In this document: positions 53,101 through 64,000 of the stretch, in pieces | Numbering within the stretch: the first letter of the stretch is position 1 | Layout: each line of letters begins with the position of its first letter | NCBI GenBank assembly: GCA_030390025.1 | Contig: CM059432.1 | Location: 69,938,001 to 70,002,000 of the forward strand | Direction: 5' to 3' | DNA length: 64,000 bases | DNA from: Squalus acanthias | Taxonomy: Eukaryota | Notes under the pieces: generated by a model | What the model was told of the DNA's origin: nothing | Databases searched by the model: none | Seen by the model: only the letters and a program-made list of their open reading frames with translations | Program-made: the position numbers and the translations under genes

Positions 53101-53283
53101 AATGTTTCATCCTGGTGCCCAACACCCTGCCTCTTATCACCTAATGCAAATCTTTTGGACATCACTGAGAGGGTGCAGAACATTTTGAGGAGGGAAGGGG
53201 AACAGCCAGAAGTCGTGGTCCATGTGGGAACCAATGACATAGGAAGAAAAAGGGTTGAGGTCCTGCAGGCAGAGTTTCAGGAC
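50120..53283 (-). mobile_element. Long decayed CR1 (RT plus endonuclease) with an internal inverted segment and a + strand ORF1 esterase fragment
   Basis: RT and EN motifs on - (SDHN, GDFS, YVNARS). 53158-53283 on + reads DITERVQNILRREGEQPEVVVHVGTNDIG (SGNH GTND block). Confidence 0.85.
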
Positions 53284-53950
53284 ACATGGGGTTAAGGTAG
53301 AAGCTGAAATATCATAAACAAACTTTAAAAAAATATTTTCTTTTATTATTTTAAAAATCTAGTAATTTTCTATCATAGTGGAGAAATTTGACATTCCACA
53401 AATATAAAATTTGTTTTTCAGGGCCAGAACGGTTGTTCAGCAGTCAATACACCCTTAAAACCCCAGTTACACCTATTCCAACAAGGCTTAACTTTTAATG
53501 GGGTGTGTAACAGCATAATTAGATCAGAAAAGCTTAAGTTTTTGTCACTTCAACTGATTTCACTGATTGCCGGCTGTGGGGAGTTCCTCAGCACAGCCTG
53601 TGGCAGAGCAGTGAATGACCGACCGCAACTTCAGAATTTCCACATTTATCTGCGCATGCGCTAAATCTTGAAGTTACGGTCAGTTTCAGAGGGGTAATGA
53701 CAGTGAACGCTGACAGTTTACCATCAACACCACTGCAAAATCTGGGTCATTAACTCCAACCTAAGCTGTTTTTCATTTTAACATGTGTGGAACGAATGGG
53801 TGTCTGAGCAAATGTTACCATTAAATGAATATTTTCATTAACTGACTACCCATTACCCAATATATAGCTTGCAGTCATGCATTTTTCAGTTAGCTACCAG
53901 TTTATCTAATGTACTGTTCATTAAAATTATATTCATAAATTCTTTTCCAG

Positions 53951-53970
53951 AAAACTACGCAAGAAAATAA
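53951..53970 (+). CDS. Putative terminal coding exon of the PLAT-domain gene ((E)NYARK-stop)
   Basis: Acceptor tcttttccag, phase 1 compatible with the previous donor, followed by AT-rich unique sequence with several AATAAA. Too short to confirm by homology. Confidence 0.45.
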
Positions 53971-54679
53971 AAAATCTGCACATTATACGGGTAACAACGA
54001 CAATGATATATCTACAAAGCATTGACAATCAAGTACAAACCAGTGAGGTGAAATACTTATGTGCCAAGTCTTTTCAATGAACCTTTATAAATAAACTTGC
54101 AAAAGAAATCCAAACATCATTAGGTTCTGATATGATTCTTGTGATATTCCTTTCTTGATGTTCTTTCTGGTAAATGTAGATGGTTCTAAATAAGTTAAAT
54201 TATAATGATGCAGGAAAACTTAAACTTGGGACTAAAAGTCTACAGCAGTGATTCTGAGATCTGGCACTTGCAGGGAGTCCACCTCAGGAGATCATGCCCC
54301 CCTCCCGCTGTGATTTTCTGAGATATGCTTCCTGTGAGCACCTCTCCCCATTGCATCGTGAAATCACCCCTCTACTGCACACTTTGTATGAAGATAATGA
54401 GGACTTTTAAATAAATCATTTTTTAATTTAAAAAAAAATTTAGTTTCATGGCAGAAAATAAACTATGCTACAGTTTCAGAAAACATGATGCTTGATAATA
54501 AACCAAAATATTTTTAAGCTTTCTTTTAAAAAGTAGACATTTTAATTTTGAAGGTTTAAAACTTTTGCCACAATTACTGTTATGTTAATAAGTAAAAGTT
54601 AAAAGACAAATACTGGAACACAAATATGATTTGGCAATAGAGCTCAATATTGTTAAAAATCAATTGAGTACATAATAAT

Positions 54680-55444
54680 GGCCCAGAAATTCACCTCTCC
54701 GGCTTGCCGCGGGGGTAAGGATCGCGCGCGCAATTACCTACTGCGCCTGCCGTTGTGTTTTGGGCCCACGGGAACTTCTGCTCCTGGTCCTGCTCCAAGA
54801 GCCGGCGCGCAGTGCTTGCGTGTTCCAGGGGCGCAGTTAGTGCGATGCGTCCCCTGGGATCACGTGGGCCATGGAGAGCCAATGGCAGCAGACCATCTTT
54901 CATTCATAGATTTGACAGGAGACCTGTCAAAGCTGTGAATTGAAAGCGGCCCCAAAAGAACAGCTAAACTTAAAATAAATTTAAAAGAAAACCCATCACA
55001 TTTATAAAATAACTATAGTTAAATAAATTAACCACTTTAAACAAAAATTTAAATTTTTGAAAAAATTAAAATACTTTTTAAAAGTGATAAAAATAAACTT
55101 ACCTTTCTTTAAAGTATCTAAAATAGATAAACCTGTTGAAAAAATGTTTAAATTATACTTAATTAACCACTTACCTTGTTGAAAATGGGTCCTGCGCCTC
55201 CTTTTTAATAGTGTAGTTTCTTCAATACTTACCCTCGCGTAGAAACCTGAAAAAAAATCTAAGTTCGCTGCGTGCGCGCAGCCTCTACCGCGCACGCGGT
55301 TCACCTAGGAACCGCCCCCTTCACCATACCGGAAGTTCCGGTTTCCCGCGCATGCGCAGTGCATGCAGGAAACCGGCACTTCGGGAAGCAATACGGGTGA
55401 GTACGGACTGTGTACTCACCCGGGAAGGGCCGAATTTTTGGCCC
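54680..55444. mobile_element. Harbinger-type MITE
   Basis: Ends GGCCCAGAAATTC and GAATTTTTGGCCC (11/13 match), CpG-rich subtermini and an AT-rich core; TSD unclear. Confidence 0.7.
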
Positions 55445-55619
55445 ATAGTCATTAATATATTTTTTAATGCTTATCGAATAAAGACAATTATAGTTCAAGT
55501 GTTTTTGGCACCTAAAAATGTATTTTGCTCAGAAATTTTAAATTAGTTTAATAAAAAAAATGAATAGTATTGATTTTCCTGTAGTTTCCAGCAGTTACTT
55601 TTAGTGTTACTTTTTCTCC

Positions 55620-57178
55620 TGAAACCCCGCCCCCCTGCCCCCTGCATCCTCACCTCCAACATCAAGTTTATGGACTTCTTTGTCACCAAGATTGAGACCA
55701 TCTGTTCAGCTGTCTCTGCCACATCCCCCCTTCCCATTGCCCACCAAGCCAAGGTTCCCCACCCCCACCATAGCCATGAAACCGCATCTTTCTCTAGTTT
55801 CTCTTAAATCCATGTTTGAACTTCTCCAATCAGGTTTCCATCCCACCACAGTACTGAAACAGCCCTAAGCAATGACACAAATGACATCCTCTGTAATTCT
55901 GACCTTGGTGCACTACGCTTCCACGTCCTTCTTGACCTCTCTGCAGTCTTTAACACAGTCGACCACATCATTCTGCCTAATACTTCTCTGCTGTACAACT
56001 GAGTGGAACTGCCCTTGTCTGGTTCGACTCTTACCTATCCAATCGTAGCCAGAATATCTCCTACAATAGCTTCTTTTCCCGAACCACACCATTACCACTG
56101 GAGTCCCCCAAGGATCTATCCTTGGTCCCCTGCTATTCCTTATGTACATACTGCCCTCAACAATATCATCCGAAGACATGACATCAGCTTGTACATGTAT
56201 GCTGACAACCAGCTCTACTTCACCATCACCTGTATTGACTTCTCCACTGCCTGTTTATTTGTCATCCAATCCTAGATCAACCGCAATTTCCTTCAATTAA
56301 ACCAAAGCCATTGTCTTCAGACCCCCCGCCCCCATAAATCTGTTCCCTCGCTCCCAATTCCATCCCCCTCCCTGACCACTGTCTCAGGCTGAGCCAGACT
56401 GTTCGCAACCTCGGGAAGCTCTGCTTCCGGCACTATATCCTTTCCATCACAAAGACTGCATAAATCCACCTCTGTAACATCGTCCAGCTATACCCCTGCC
56501 TCAGTCCATCTGCTGCCGAAACCCTCATCCATGCCGTTTTCACCTCTAGACTTAACTATTCCAATGCTCTCCTGGCCATCCTCCACCCTCAATAAAATTT
56601 AGCTTTGCTGCCTATATCCTAACCCTCTTCTTCTTCTTCTTAGACAGTCCCTCGGAACCGAGGATGACTTGCTTCCACATTAAAAATGAGTTCTCAGGTG
56701 ACTGATGAGATCCTAACCCACACCAAGTCCTGCTCACCCATCATCCCTGTCCTTGTTTATTTACATTGGCTCCTGGTCTATCAATGCCTCCAATTTAAAA
56801 TTCTCAACCTCGTGTTCAAATCCCTCCATGGCCTCGCTCCTCCCCATCTTTGTAACCTCCTAAAACTGTCTGAGATCTCTGCATTCATCCAACTCTGGCC
56901 TCTTATGCATTCTCCCACTCACTTTGCCCCACCATTGGTCGCTGCCCTTCAGTCGTCTAGGCCCTAAGCTCTGGAATTCTCTCCCTAAATCTCTCCACCT
57001 CTTTCTCCTTCTTTAAGAGCCTCCTTAAAACCTGCCCTCTGGCCAAGCTTTCAGTCACCACTTCTAATTTCTCCTTCTTTGCCTCGATGTCCATTTTTGT
57101 CTAATTATGCTTCTGTGAAGTGCCTTGGGACGTATTCCTATGTTAAAGGCGCTATATAAATGCAAGTTGTTGCCGTTG
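55620..57178 (+). mobile_element. Decayed L2 LINE 3' half
   Basis: QSGF, LDLSAVFNTVDH, GVPQGSILGP and YAD remnants; tail tatataaatgcaagttgttg. Confidence 0.85.
56626..56709 (-). mobile_element. 84-bp retroposed 3' end with a (GAA)n tail, probably RTE-type
   Basis: Flanked by a perfect 10-bp TSD ATCCTAACCC (56616-25; 56710-19); begins with (TCT)n on +. Confidence 0.7.
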
Positions 57179-57583
57179 TGCTCTCCTGTTACTCAGGTAG
57201 CCCCTAGGAGAAGCACAAACACAAGACTAAGCTTCAGTTCACACACTTGCACCATGGCGAAGCAAGGTGGTTAGAAGAACACACTCGGTATAGGTTTTCA
57301 TTAAAATTACGGTTACACTAAAGTTGTTGTACATGCAAACATTGTTCTTGGCAAAGTTTGGAAGTCGGTTTCATCAGGTGGCATGAATGAGAGCTATGTG
57401 AGTTTATGTGCACAGAGATGGCATAATTATGATGGAAAGGAGATGTAGGCATGGATGTTAATGCAGTGGCCAGCTGTGGTAATCAAGAGAAGGTCTTTCA
57501 TATCGGAGTGGCACGGATATGTTTGCATGGCAACAGCTTGTCCACATTCTCTGCAGACTGTGCTGCAACAGGTTAGAATCTTT

Positions 57584-58858
57584 GGGCTAAAAATTCAAGT
57601 ACGCTGCAACCCTGCCAGTAACAGCACTGGCCAAGGCTAACGGCTGCCCGCCGAGAGAGTGCAGGCAATACCGATAATTTGGTACTGCCTGCTAATTAAC
57701 ATCAGCGTAGCATTGATTTTGTGGTGTAACGCACTCTTTCCAGTGCTAAGCTCAGCAGGATGCAGAAGGTCACGTCTGTCTCCCGCTTGCAAGTGAAGGG
57801 GAACAGTGAAGAAAGTAGTGAACCTGTAGCCCATGTACGGGACAGTTGCTATACTTGCTACAAAAACATTATCTGCCACCCGATGTTTGTTGATGTTTTA
57901 ATAGTTCATGAAATGGATGCATCTGCGTTCGCTGTAACACTAATCTTTCCCCAATGGTTACTCTTGAAAGTGTTGAATGTGTAGTAATCATGCCAGCTTT
58001 TAGTGGGTCTTGCATACTCGACACATAATTATTTGATAAATAATTGGTTATGGAATTTTGAATAAATTTATTATAATTCCTTAAAATCTTAAGCAGTTGA
58101 GTTCAGATTTGCTAGAGGGTTGACGTCCTGGTGACGCTATCATAAAAATAAAAGAGGTCTTATCAGAGATGATCGTCAAACGTTGCAATGGAGTTCTAGG
58201 CAATCTGATGCACTTTAGGAATTCTTGTTTTTTATTTGCTGGGAATCCGCCAAGGGATTTGCAGTTTTGTGCTGGTGTTCTGTTCTAAACTAAAAACTTG
58301 TTCCACAAGGTTTCACCCATTGATTTACTGACCCACAAACACTGCAGGCCTCCCGGAAAGCCGCCAGAAAATGCAACCACCCTCGTCCCACCATCCTCCC
58401 CGCCCCCCCCAACTGATGGGCAAAAAATGAAAGTATAAAAGAAGAACCTTGGCAAAGAAGGTGTTTGAAGTTCCAGCATCCATCTGAGGTATTTTCCACT
58501 TGTCAGCCTCCATCCTCGTATACAATCTGCCAAGTCCTGCCAGACTCCTCATGGCAGTTAACGCTGCTGAAGCGCTTTTAGCGGCTGCACGGACTGGCAT
58601 GCTTTAGAGAGGGCGGCAATAGGAGTGGCGAAATCCAAAATGGATGAGCGGGCGTCAACTCGCCGTTGCACGCCGATTGATGTCACGGTCCGACTCATTA
58701 CAATACTTTCGAGCGCAGGCAGCGGTAGCGCAGTCGACGTGGCGAAAAATGGCAGCTGCCGCGGGACCCGCCGGCAGCGGGCAATAGTGCAGCAGCCGCC
58801 ATTTTTTCCCCCGAACCTGGCAGTAACGGGTGGAGCTAAATCCCCGAATTCTTAGCCC
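57584..58858. mobile_element. Non-autonomous Harbinger-type element (1275 bp)
   Basis: TIRs GGGCTAAAAATTC and GAATTCTTAGCCC (12/13 match), with a CpG-rich right subterminus resembling those of the other Harbingers. Confidence 0.75.
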
Positions 58859-59280
58859 ATAGAATGATACAGCACGGAAGGGGGTCATTCGGCTCATCAT
58901 GCCTGTGCCAGCTCTTTGGAAGAGCTATCCAATTAATCCCACTCCACAGCTCTTTCCCCATAGCTCTGCAGATTTTTCCACTTGAAGTATTTATCCAATT
59001 CCTGTTTGAAAGTTATTATTGAATCTGCTTCCACCACCCTTTCAGGCAGTGCGTTCCAGATCATAACAACTCACTGCGTAAAAAATGTTTTCCTCATGTC
59101 GCCTCTGGTTGTCCTCCACATTCACTGCATATTGCTGCTGCTTCTCTTGCTGACCATGGGAATCTTTGTCCTCCAGGGCTTCCATGAGGAAACCTCTTTA
59201 GAAGCCAGAGTTATGCAGTATGCAGGTAAACCATCACAATTCAACCCCAAAGACACTTACAGCACTTTGAAGGATTTTCA

Positions 59281-59745
59281 AAGAAAGACTCGCATTGATA
59301 TAGCGCCTTTCATGACCACCAGATGTCTCAAAGCGCTTTACAGCCAATGAAGTACTTTTTGAAGTGCAGTCACTGTTGTAATGTGGGAAACACGGCAGCA
59401 AATTGCACACAGCAAGCTCCCACAAAGAGCAATATGATACTGACCAGATAATCTGTTTTTGTTATGTTGGCTGAGGGATAAATATTGGCCAGGACACCAG
59501 GGATAACTCCCCTGCTCTTCTTTGAAATAGGGCCATGGGATCTTTTACGTCCACCTAAGAGAGCAGACAGGGCCTCAGTTTAACGTCTCATCCGAAAGAC
59601 GGCACCTCCAACAGTGCAGCACTCCCTCAACACTGCACTGCAGTGTCAGCCTAACTTTATGTGCTCAAGTTCCTGGAGTGGGACTTGAACCCACAACTTT
59701 CTGACTCAGAAGCAAGTGTGCTACCCACTGAGCCACAGCTGACAC
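59281..59745 (-). mobile_element. Full-length tRNA-derived SINE, DeuSINE/SacSINE1-like
   Basis: The minus strand starts GTGTCAGCTGTGGCTCAGTGGGTAGCAC (A-box), has GGTTCAAGTCC (B-box), a central GGAGGTGCCGTCTTTCGGATGAGACGTTAAAC, and an L2-like tail. Confidence 0.85.
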
Positions 59746-60020
59746 AGGCCCTATTTCTATTGCTCCTTGTTACCCAGTATTCTTCTCATTTCCAGCACAG
59801 TCTCATTTACAAAGGACAGTAAAACTGGTTCTGATGCCTCCTGAAGTCAATCAGAAATTTATGGGAAAACAGTTGTAGTAAATTGGTCAGTTGTTCTCTG
59901 TAGGTTTGTGCCTCAAATGCTTACCAGACTATTTTAGCAAGTCCTAGGAGTGGGGTTTGAACCTACAATCTTCTGATTTCAAAGGCAGAAATACTACCAC
60001 TGATGCAAGGCTGAAACACA

Positions 60021-60165
60021 GAGGGTGAAATTTATCTTGGGTGATATAGCATCGGTTTTACACTGCACCCAATTTTTTCTTTTGCTTTGACGTCAATGGT
60101 GTAAAATGGGTGGCCGATGACATAGCACCCACTTTGAGCTGCTGCCCACGACGAATTTCCCCCTC
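60021..60165. mobile_element. Short MITE-like element
   Basis: Inverted ends GAGGGTGAAATT and AATTTCCCCCTC resemble the Harbinger termini in this window. Confidence 0.5.
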
Positions 60166-61309
60166 GCACCGTTAACTATATTGGCTTCAGTCACACTTAG
60201 TTTAAATACTCCCAATTGCTCTTTCAACATTCAGAGCCAACATCTCAGTCCCCAAGTGGTTTAAGTAAACCCCATCTCCCCTGAAAAGCTTACCTTCTCC
60301 AAGAACTGTCTTCCAGTTGTCCACAAGGGGATTTTTTCCTTATACACAGATCCTCCAATCAAACATTCCAGGCTACGTTCATTTCTGATGGCCTCCAATG
60401 ATAGGTAATAAACCACAGACCACAGCCATGACAAATGCATCCTTAAATTTGCTAATCATTTTTTGGTAGTTTTTCTTCCAGCAGACAGACTTCTTATCCA
60501 AGATAAGAATATAAATGCAAGTTGTTGTTGTTGTATGATATCTTTCATGGATAAGAAGGTTTATCCAAGAAACTAAGGACGGTTTTACGTTGGGAACAAA
60601 AAACATTTGATTGCATACACATACAAATTTCCTCTTCCTTGATTCAAACTTTGATCCCAAAATCACCTGCCAGGTCTTGGATTGGAAAAAAAAATCCTTA
60701 ATTTTGATTCAGTTCACACTGAGATGGCATCTCCAGGTAACTAGGCAACCAAATACACAACCACGGCCATAGAGACTTCACGTTCTGTTAGTGAACAACG
60801 TTAGTCTTTGCTTTCAGACCTGCCTCTTACATTATCAATTTATAATTGTATGTTGAGTGAGGTAGATATAGAGAGATACTTTGTACAGTTCCTGGATAAC
60901 ACAAGGATTTTAAACTAATCACCTGAACAGGTGTTTTACTACTGGGCTACAGGATGCAGCTGGCATCTTGCATGTTTTATGCATGTTTCACAGGACAGTA
61001 TATTTTAGGTAACTGAAACAATGCATAATTGCAGCTTTGTATATGTGGAAAGTTGTAATATAGTTTTTCATGCTCACTAATGTTTATTGCTACTGAATAT
61101 ACATGATCTGAGCATTACATTTTAATACCAAATTACTTTCCCGTCAATTCCCTTCGATATAATTCTGGTCCAAACATGAAATGTTCCCTTTATTCTTAAT
61201 TTCATTGCTTAAGAACATTGAATATTGTTAGTCAAATGTGTATTGGTTATCTTTTGTTCATGGGCAACTTGTCAAATATTGTGCTTTACAGCACAAAGGA
61301 AGATGGTTA

Positions 61310-63220
61310 ACATAGAAACATAGAAGATAGGAGCAGGAGTAGGCCATTCGGCCCCTCGAGCCTGCTCCGTCATTTAATGAGATCATGGCTGATCATCCAA
61401 ATTCAGTACCCTGTCCCTGCTTTCTCCCCATATCCCTTGATCCCTTTAGCCTTAAGAAATATATCTAACTCCTTCTTGAATATATTTAATGAATTGGCCT
61501 CAACTGTCTTTTGTGGTAGAGAATTCCACAGGTTCACCACTCTCTGGGTGAAGAAATTCCTCCTCATCTCTGTCCTAAATGGCTTACCCCTTCTCTTTAG
61601 ACTGTGACCCCTGGTTCTGGACTTCCCCACCATCGGGAACATCCTTCCTGCATCTAGTCTGTCTAGTCCTGTTAGAATTTTATAAGTTTCAATGAGATCC
61701 CCTCTCATTCTTCTAAACTCCAGCGAATATAAGCCCAATTGACCCAATCTCTCCTCAGACGTTATTCCTGCCATCCCAGGTATCAGTCTGGTGAATCTTC
61801 GCTGCACTCCCTCCATGGCAAGAACATCCTTCCTCAGATAAGGCGACCAAAACTGTACACAATACTCAAGGTGTGGTCTCACCAAGGCCCTGTACAACTG
61901 CAGCAAGACACCCTTGCTCCTGTACTCGAATCCTATCGCTATGAAGGCCAACATACCATTTGCCTTCTTAACCGCCTGCTGCACCTGCATGCTTACCTTC
62001 AGCGACTGGTGCACAAGGACACCCAGGTCTCGTTGCACTTCCCCTTCTCCCAATCTATTGCCGTTCAGATAATAATCTGCCTTCCTGTTTTTGCCACCAA
62101 AGTGGATAACCTCACATTTATCCACATTATACTGCATCTGCCATGCATCTGCCCAATCACCCAACCTGTCCAAATCATACTGGAGTTTCTCGGCATCCTC
62201 TTCACAGCACACACACCCACCCAGCTTTGTGTCGTCTGCAAACTTGGAGATATTACATCTAGTTCCCTCGTCTAGATCATTAATATATATTGTGAATAGC
62301 TGGAGTCCTAGCACCGATCCCTGCGGTACCCCACTAGTCACTGCCTGCCACTCGGAAAAAGACCCGTTTATTCCAACTCTTTGCTTCCTGTCTGCCAACC
62401 AGTTCTCTATCCAAGTCAGTACCTTACCCCCAATCCCATGTGCTTTAACTTTACACGCTAATCTCTTATGCGGAACCTTATCGAAAGCCTTCTATAAGTC
62501 CAAATATACCACATCCACTGGTTCTCCCTTATCTATTCTACCAGTTACATCCTCAAAAAATTCCAGTAGATTAGTCAAGCACGATTTACCTTTTGTAAAT
62601 CCATGTTGACTTTGTCCGATCCTGTCACTGTTTTCCAAGTGCTCTGCTATTACATCTTTTATAATGGACTCTAACATTTTCCCTACTACCGATGTCAGGC
62701 TTACCGGTCTATAATACCCCGTTTTCTCTCTACCACCTTTTTTAAATAGTGGGGTTACATTAGTTACCCTCCAATCCATGGGAACTGTGCCAGAGTCTAT
62801 AGAATTTTGGAAGATGACCAGCAATGCATCTACTATTTCTAGGGCCACTTCCTTAAGTACCCTAGGATGTAGATTATCAGGCCCTGGGGATTTATCGGCC
62901 TACTATCCCATCAATTTCCCTAACACCATTTCCCTACAAATACTGATTTCATTCAGTTCCTCCCTCTCATTAGACCCTATGTTCCCCGACATCTCTGGAA
63001 GGTTATTTTTGTCCTCCTTTGTGAAGACAGAACCAATGTATGTATTTAATTGGTCAGCCATTTCTTTGTTCTCCATTATAAATTCCCCTGATTCTGACTG
63101 CAAGGGACCTACGCTTGACTTCACCAATCTCTTTCTCTTCACATATCTATAGTAGCTTTTACAATCAGTTTTTATGTTCCCTGAAAACTTACTCTCATAC
63201 TCTATTTTCCCCCTCTTAAT
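61310..63220 (-). mobile_element. 5'-truncated CR1, same young subfamily as 833-2930
   Basis: Near-identical RT and 3' UTR, including the shared AFIAIG variant. Confidence 0.95.
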
Positions 63221-64000
63221 TGTGGTGGTTGGTGGTCAATCATCTCAGCCGCAGGACATCACTGCAGGAGTTCCTCAGGGCAGTGTCCTCGGCCCAATCA
63301 TCTTCAGTTGCTTCATCAATGAGCTTCCCTCCATCATAAGGTCAGAAGTGGGGACGTTCGCTGATGATTGCAGTGTTCAGTTCCATTCACAACTCCTCAG
63401 ATAATGAAGCAATCCATGCCCGCATGCAGCAAGGCCTAGGCGACATTCAGGCTTGGGCTGATAAGTGGCAAGTAACGTTCACACCACACAAGTGCCAGGC
63501 AATGACTATCTCCAACAAGCGAGAGTCTAACCACCGCCCCTTGACATTCAACAGCATTACCATCGCTGAATCCGTCACTGTTAACATCCTGGGGGTCACC
63601 ATTGACCAGAAACTTAACTGGACCAGCCACATAAATACTGTGGCAACAAGAGCAGGTCAGAGGCTGGGTATTCTGCAGCAAGTATCTCACCTCCTGACTC
63701 CCCAAAGCCTTTCCACCATCTACAAGGCACAAGTCAGGAGTGTGATGGAATACTCTCCATTTGCCAGGATGAGTGCAGCTCCAACAACACTTAAGAAGCT
63801 CGATACTATCCAGGACAAAGCAGCCCGCTTGATTGGCACCCCATCCACCACCTTAAACATTCACTCCCTCCACCACCGGCGTACCGTGGCTGCAGTGTGT
63901 ACCATCTACAAGATGCACTGCAGCAACTCGCCAAGGTTCCTTCAGCAGCACCTCCCAAACCCACGACCTCTACCACCTAGAAGGACAAGAGCAGCAGGCG
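63221..64000 (+). mobile_element. RT 3' part of the second CR1-group LINE family (as at 8580-11135); runs off the window
   Basis: GVPQGSVLGP and FADD motifs; collinear with about 10115-10870. Confidence 0.9.

Noticed and set aside
59670..59745. tRNA genes (also at about 8383 and 30550)
   Set aside because: The A/B boxes continue into SINE bodies and no complete cloverleaf is evident.
1747..62609. Recurring antisense ORFs over CR1 copies (e.g. 1747-2151, 22363-22857, 62091-62609)
   Set aside because: They are reverse-frame by-products of conserved RT sequence and recur only because the repeat recurs.

Overview
This is eukaryotic vertebrate genomic DNA, most likely from a cartilaginous fish (inferred from the repeat families), and most of it is transposable elements. 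It contains many CR1 LINE copies, L2 fragments, a second CR1-group LINE, three tRNA-derived SINE types, Penelope-type retroelement ends carrying minimal hammerhead ribozyme motifs, and a dense cluster of PIF/Harbinger DNA transposons. The ORF track largely misses a + strand host gene: eight short exons (20325-53970) join in frame to encode two tandem PLAT/LH2 domains, the C-terminal part of an LOXHD1-like or RP1-long-isoform-like protein. Highlights: (1) an apparently intact 4175-bp Harbinger (43686-47860) with perfect 16-bp TIRs, a TGA target duplication, an open DDE transposase and an open 3-exon Myb/SANT-like gene, nested in a MITE inside a host intron; (2) a 198-bp loopless palindrome (21293-21490) made of two back-to-back Penelope-type hammerhead motifs; (3) three LINE-SINE tail-sharing pairs and a SINE-LINE chimera. 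Family names come from recalled similarity, not database searches.
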